Shown here piece by piece: positions 58,590 through 64,000 of a stretch of DNA of 64,000 bases (its first letter is position 1; every line of letters begins with the position of its first letter). A program made the translations under genes and the position numbers. This stretch comes from Vitrella brassicaformis CCMP3155 (taxonomy: Eukaryota > Protista > Chromerida). The notes beneath the pieces were generated by a model. That model was not told where the DNA came from, did no database searches, and worked only from the letters and a program-made list of their open reading frames with translations. The stretch spans positions 1 through 64,000 of the forward strand of contig CDMY01000465.1 of NCBI GenBank assembly GCA_001179505.1. Reading direction: 5' to 3'.

Positions 58590-60663
58590 ATGATGCTTCC
58601 CCAGACCGTGAGGCGTGCAGTCAGCAGCCTCCCCACCCCCCGGGCAGTCAGCCTGGAGTCCCTCACCCTCATGCAGCCACACCGGGCTGCATTCCCCATC
58701 CCCCCTCAGGCGTCATTGGCAGCATTATCATGCCGGAGGAGCATGAGTGTCGTCACGTCAGCAGCGGCAGCCGCCCACCGCCACCGCCACCGGCATCAGC
58801 CTCCCCTCCCCTCTGGCTTCCTTCCCTGGTCGTCCCTCTCCACCCACCCGCATGCGCACCTGAGACAGCTGCAGCTGCGGCACAGCTCGACCAGCTTCAT
58901 CAAGCAGGTCATGGACCAGGTCAAGCGCGACATCGAGAAGGACCCCACCATCATGGAGCAGAGCAAGAAGCTCGAGGACAGCGGGCTGCCCCAGTACAAG
59001 GAGGAGATCTTCACCAAAGTCAAGGAGGCCACCGACACCGTCTCGGAGGCCGCCACGGTCGCCATCAAACGCACCAGAGATGTGCTGGGCAAGACCAAGG
59101 AGCAGGTGGACAAGGCCAGGGAGGCCGTGTCGAAGCTCACTGAGGAGAACCCCGCACTCAAGGGCGTCAAGGACGCCACCAGGGGTGCGGCGAGCGGCGT
59201 CGGTCGGGCGTTCTCTGTTGTGTCTGAGTTTGCGAGCAAGCGTCTGGAGTTTTTGAGCGAGGACAAGGACTCGGCGGCGGCTAAGGTGCGCCGGTGGAAG
59301 GAGGAGAAGGAGGAGAAGGCCAGGCAGGAGGAAGCCGTCAGGTGGGTGACGTGACCAGCGCAGCTATCCACGCAAATACGTCGATCCATTGGTCTGTCTG
59401 TCTGTCTGTCACAGGAAAGCAAAGGAAGACGGTGCCGAGGAGGAGGAGGCCACCACACACAAGGCGACTGCAACAGCAACAGCAGCCGCCCCCGAAGCCT
59501 CAGCTGAGGCGGCCGGATCATACTCCAGGGCGTCAGAGGCCGCTGGTGGTGCGGCCGAGCGGATGACGTCGGCGGAGGAGGCGGCGGCCGATGACGCGCT
59601 GGTCGTGTCGATGAAGCATGACTCCACTTGGGACAAATTCGGCACACGGCTGAGGGACATGCCATTCCTGCGCAACTTTTTTGGTTCGCATACAGAAGGG
59701 CGTGGGATCACGCACCCGAGTGTTGGCAGACATGGATGTCCTTCATAATGTTTTGCGTGTGTGTGCATGTGTGTGTGTGCAGAGAATCCTTATTTCGGGA
59801 AGCTGTTTGGCGAGACGGAGATCGGCAAGTGCCTCCGAGAAATGAAGAGGATCGACCCGGCTTTCAGGTATGTACCGGCACACACGGCACACCCAGCATC
59901 CACACACACACACACATGACATGTGGGTGCCTCTGTGTGTCAGGTTGGCGGAGTTCCACGACACCATTGAGCATGTGGTGGCCCCGAAGCTCGTGCAGGC
60001 CTTCCTGGAGGGAGATGACGACCTTATGAAGCTGGTAGGCATCCGCACCAGCACACGCACAAGAGAAACGGGCGGACGGCTCATGCACCGCGTCCGTCTG
60101 TGTCTGTCTCCATGTGTCTGCTATGCGTGATACTGATCAGCAATGCGGCGACGCTGCTTACGCGACGGTGCACGGTGTGTTCCAGGAGCGCGTCAAGCAG
60201 AAGGTCGACCTCGACACGTCCATCCTACTGCCACCAAGAGCTGTCGAGCTCAAAGGTGCACTCATTCCCCTTTTCCCCCAAGGCCTTTCAATGCATGCAC
60301 CATCCATCGCCCCCATCCGCGTGTGTGTGCGTCAGGTGCCCGCTCGAAGGGCGAGGAGGAGGCCCCGTGTTTCGTGTGGACGTTCAAGACTCAGCAGATC
60401 AACTGCCTGCGCGACAAGAAGGGCAACGTGGTGGAGGGCGCCATCGACGACATCCGGGAGGTCTTCTACGCCATAGCGGTCGTCAAGCACCCCGAGCCGG
60501 ACCGGCAGGGGCTGGAGTTCCCTTGGCAGGTCAGAGAGAGAAAGAGAGAGAGAGAGAGAGCGAGGGGGTGGCCAGATGTATGCGGTAACGCTGAACTGTG
60601 TGCTGTGCGTCGGTGTGCCAGGTTGAGGAGCTCGCCATTGTGGGCAGCAACTCTGTGTGGTGA
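58590..60663 (+). CDS. TIM44: Mitochondrial inner-membrane import translocase subunit Tim44
   Basis: Basic/hydroxylated presequence-like N-terminus, coiled-coil middle, and C-domain LFGETEIGKCLREMKRIDPAF, FLEGD, TFKTQQINCLRDKKGNVVEG, PWQ|VEELA. Confidence 0.92.
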
Positions 60664-62012
60664 AGCCGAGCGAAGAGAGCAGCGTGGCGGGTGTGTCCTT
60701 CGAGCTCTTCGTCTTTCGAGCCAGACAGACTGTGTCTTCGACCAACGGGAGTCTGCCCTTCCGGCTATTCATCCGACACCGACAACGCAGCCCTTTGGTG
60801 GCTTGTGCTGATGCGAGTCACCGAATCGCTGCGCAGTGGGGGCCGTATGTCTTGCCGGAGGAGCCAACACCCACCCAGCGATGCATCTGTCCAGTCGATT
60901 TCCTTATTCATTGATTGAGTGTCCCTCTCTCGTCGTCTTTTGAGTAGCCAATCAGCCCGGACGCGAAGGCGCATCTTGGATCCCTCCGAAGATGTGCCTT
61001 CGCGTTTGACCTGGTGTGGCGTTCGGGGATGGCTCGGAGGGACTTCTCGAGCGAGCTTCTCCGTTTTTCCCTTTCGTGGTGCGTGTCTTGCTTGCTTCTG
61101 CCTGCCTGCCTGCCAAAGGCATGTCTTTCCTCCTCACCTCTTCCTCTGTGCCAATCGATGCCATGCTGGTGTTGCGTATTACGCGTTGTGTGTCGGGGCG
61201 GCGCCATTATCGCGACTCGCCTTTGCGTGTTTGTGGGTTTTGGATGGATGAATGTGACCGACACACACAGAGAGTCTTCCGCGCATCCTGTAGATACCAT
61301 ATACCTTCCGCGTCCATCGATTGCTCTTTGACTTTCTCTCTCTGCGTCTCGACTGTACATGTGTTGATTCATTCGATTGGACCCTCAGTGCTACCAATGG
61401 TTCCTTCGTGCCTGTCATGTTCATTCATGGTTCACGTCAAGTGTCTTCGGGGATTTTACATCCACGCAATGATATCCACCCATCCACCCACCTTGCTATC
61501 AATCGGTGGATTCGCTACGCCAAAATGTCCTCACTCAAATGCACACACAGGCGTGGCGCACACCGGTCGCGCAATACATACACACATACATACCGATGGA
61601 GCCTGTCGCTCTGCTTGCGCCTGTCGCTCTGCTTGCTCGTGTGGCGTCCGCCCACAGGCCAACTGACTCTCCCAAATCAGCCTGTCACGAGACACACATG
61701 AAGATGATCGATAAACGCACCCATTACCTGTAGACGTGCCAACGATTTCATACATACACACGTTTCCTTCCTGCTGCAGCCAGAATTCTCTTTCTCCCTC
61801 CCCCCTCCCTCCCTGCCCTGTCTGTCTGTCTGTCTGTCTGTCCATCTGTCTACTGTCAGGCGATCATCCCTTCATGTCCATATCCAGTGGCTGCATGGCC
61901 TCCCGGGCAACAACACACTGAATGAAAGCACCCACACAGTAACACACAAGACAAACAAACAAATCAACAACCAGGTGAGCGGGCGCCTCATTCTTCCCTC
62001 TTTCTCTCATCA

Positions 62013-64000
62013 TCAATCGTCCCATCCCCTCTCACTCACCTGATCGGCGGGCGACGACGGGTCGCCTCTTCGCTGCATGTGGTGGGACGATCCTCTTTCC
62101 CGTATGCGGCCATTCAGCCCACCACCCAGTTCACCAGCACAGCCGTCCTCAGTCTTCTCGGCCGTCTGCTCCTGCTGCTCATTTGTGTAGTCCCGAGCCG
62201 ATGCAGCAGCAGCTGCTGCTGCTGGTGGCAGCGTCGCAGCGGGGCTGGTGGGCGAAGCGGTGAGGTGCTGGGGCAGCTGCAGGGGCGGGCGGTCATTGAG
62301 CGTCTTGTTCCTGACCTCCACGGCCTTCAGCAGGGCCAGCCGGACGCCTCTCCGGGTGGGCGAGATGGGTATGGGGAAAGGGGGGAAAGGGCCCGCGGCG
62401 AAGTGGCCGTCGCACAGAGCGACCATGACGTCGGGGCCGTCTGTGCTGTTGGATGCCGCCACGAGGGCGAGCTGGTCGCTGGCGTAGTTCATCATCTCCT
62501 CAATGCTCAGCGCGGCATCATCACCCTCGTTGTCTTCCTCTTCCGCATCCTCATCCCCATCCTCAGGTTCGCCGCCGCTGCCCTCAATGGCGACCTCGTA
62601 GCCACCCTGACCATCTTCGTGGCGATCCTCGTCGGTGTCAGGACAATGCCGAGACCGGAGCGACCTGAGAGGGCGATTACCGATCGTCTTGGCCAGCCGA
62701 TTGCGACTCTCGACAGCCTTCTCGAGGGCCTTGTCGATGGCCTCTCGTGTGCGGGAGTGTAGGTTGATGGTGTGGGAGGCACGCTGCCCGCCGCTTTGGC
62801 GGAACCGGACCACCCACGCGAATTTGTACCAGATGATGTTGATTCTATCGCTTTCATTGAGGCGACGCAACTCGGCCAGGCGCTGCTTGGCGTAGCGGTC
62901 GAGGGCGTCCCTGTCCAACGCAGTAGCAGCAGCAGCAGCAACAGCAGACGAACCTGAACACCAGCACACAAAACCACCACACGTTTATGAGTGGACAGGT
63001 GGGTGGGTGATCCGTTCATATCTGTGTTGCAGGGTCACCTACCTGCAGGGGTCTCTCTCCCTCTTGCCCTCTTCTGCGGCTTGCGGTCGTACTCTTCTGC
63101 ATTGAACCGACAAGTGCGCGTACATGCATCGATATGTCTGTCCCGTGCACCCCGCCCTCCCTCCCTCCCTCCCTCCCTCCTGCCTGCCTCTGTGTGGCTC
63201 ACCGTCTGACTCGTCTTGTCCGTCGTCTTCCTCTTGCTCGTCCTCAGGCGCCCGGACACTGCCCTCCATCTCATCGTCACCCTCGCCATGGGCCTCCCCC
63301 GATCCCTCAGCGACGCCCTGGCCATGGCTTGACTGCAGCGACCGGATAGGGGGCCGGCCCAGGTCGCTGGCCAGCTCGTTGCGGGTCTGCACCGCCTCCG
63401 CGAGGGCCTTGTCGACGGCCTCTTGTGTGAGGGTCAGTGGGGGGATGGTCAGCCACATCCGTCCTCCGTTGTGGCGGAACTGTATCGACCACGCGCAGTT
63501 GCGCCACCTGAGATTGACGTTCTCGGTGCCTTTGAGGCGACGCAGCTCTGTCAGCCGGTGCTTGCAGTAGGCGTCGAGGGCGTCCCTGTCCACCGAGGCA
63601 CCAACAAACCGACCTGAACACCATCCATCCATCCATCCGTGAAGGCCTCTGTCCGTTTGTGTGGCTCACTGTCTGGTTCGTCGTCTTCCTCTTCCTCTTC
63701 CTCTTCTTGCTCATCCTCAGGCGCGCAGCTGCTGCCCTCCATCTCAACATCTTCACCCTCGCCGTCTTCCTCGCCCCCTCTCTGCCGACATCGCGAAGGC
63801 AGCGACCGGATGGGTGGGCCCATGGTCTCGAGCAATTTGTTGCGCTTGTCGACGGCCTCCTCGAGGGCCTCGTCGCTGGCTTCTCGGGTGCGGGATTGGG
63901 GGCAACCGGCGGCGTAGTGCGCTTTGCCGTCGTGGTGGACGCAGACTTGCCTGCCATCGGGTTGCCAGTTGATGTAGGTGCTCGTGTGGCGGTTGAGGCG
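62013..64000 (-). CDS. Protein with at least 4 tandem divergent AP2-like domains separated by acidic linkers; 5' end beyond the window
   Basis: Repeats such as INIIWYKFAWVVRFRQSGG...EAIDKALEKAVESRNRL and VNLRWRNCAWSIQFRHNGG...EAVDKALAEAVQTRNEL resemble the three-strand plus A..A..R helix of ApiAP2 domains. Confidence 0.6.

Noticed and set aside
61601-61637. 18-bp tandem duplication gcctgtcgctctgcttgc
   Set aside because: Two copies in intergenic DNA with no supporting context.
1-64000. Hundreds of ORF-track entries rich in HTHT, VCVC, RERE, DRQT or WMDG
   Set aside because: These are read-throughs of intronic or intergenic microsatellites, or antisense shadows of GC-rich exons, not genes.

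Overview
Eukaryotic nuclear DNA. It is intron-dense, with mostly 60-120 nt GT-AG introns full of GT/CA/CT/GGAT microsatellites and GC-rich exons. Gene content (AP2-like arrays, an EF-hand pseudo-phosphatase) and intron style suggest a chromerid alveolate, most likely Vitrella brassicaformis (inference). The six-frame ORF track is therefore mostly exon pieces, antisense shadows and microsatellite read-throughs, and the genes below were rebuilt by hand from splice sites. The left third (1-21.6 kb) is a rearranged patchwork: four partial copies of a decaying kinase-like + RecQ-C-like unit (one inverted, three next to 300-N gaps), short recurring exon modules, an orphan diflavin-reductase terminal exon, an intact FCP1/NIF-type phosphatase-like gene, and an 86-aa five-exon gene with two GC-AG introns. 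The rest is compact and mostly intact: PI4K-III-beta, a signal-peptide Cys-rich FNR-like protein, a RING protein, a large coiled-coil protein, a multipass membrane protein, an EFPP-like pseudo-phosphatase, a RING-EcsC fusion head-to-head with an RPA70-OB-fold/PARP fusion, an atypical kinase, PP2C, Tim44 and a tandem AP2-like protein running off the right edge. The most striking features are the RPA(OB-A/OB-B)-PARP fusion with an intact H-Y-E triad and its RING-EcsC neighbour. No rRNA, tRNA, CRISPR or transposase was recognised.
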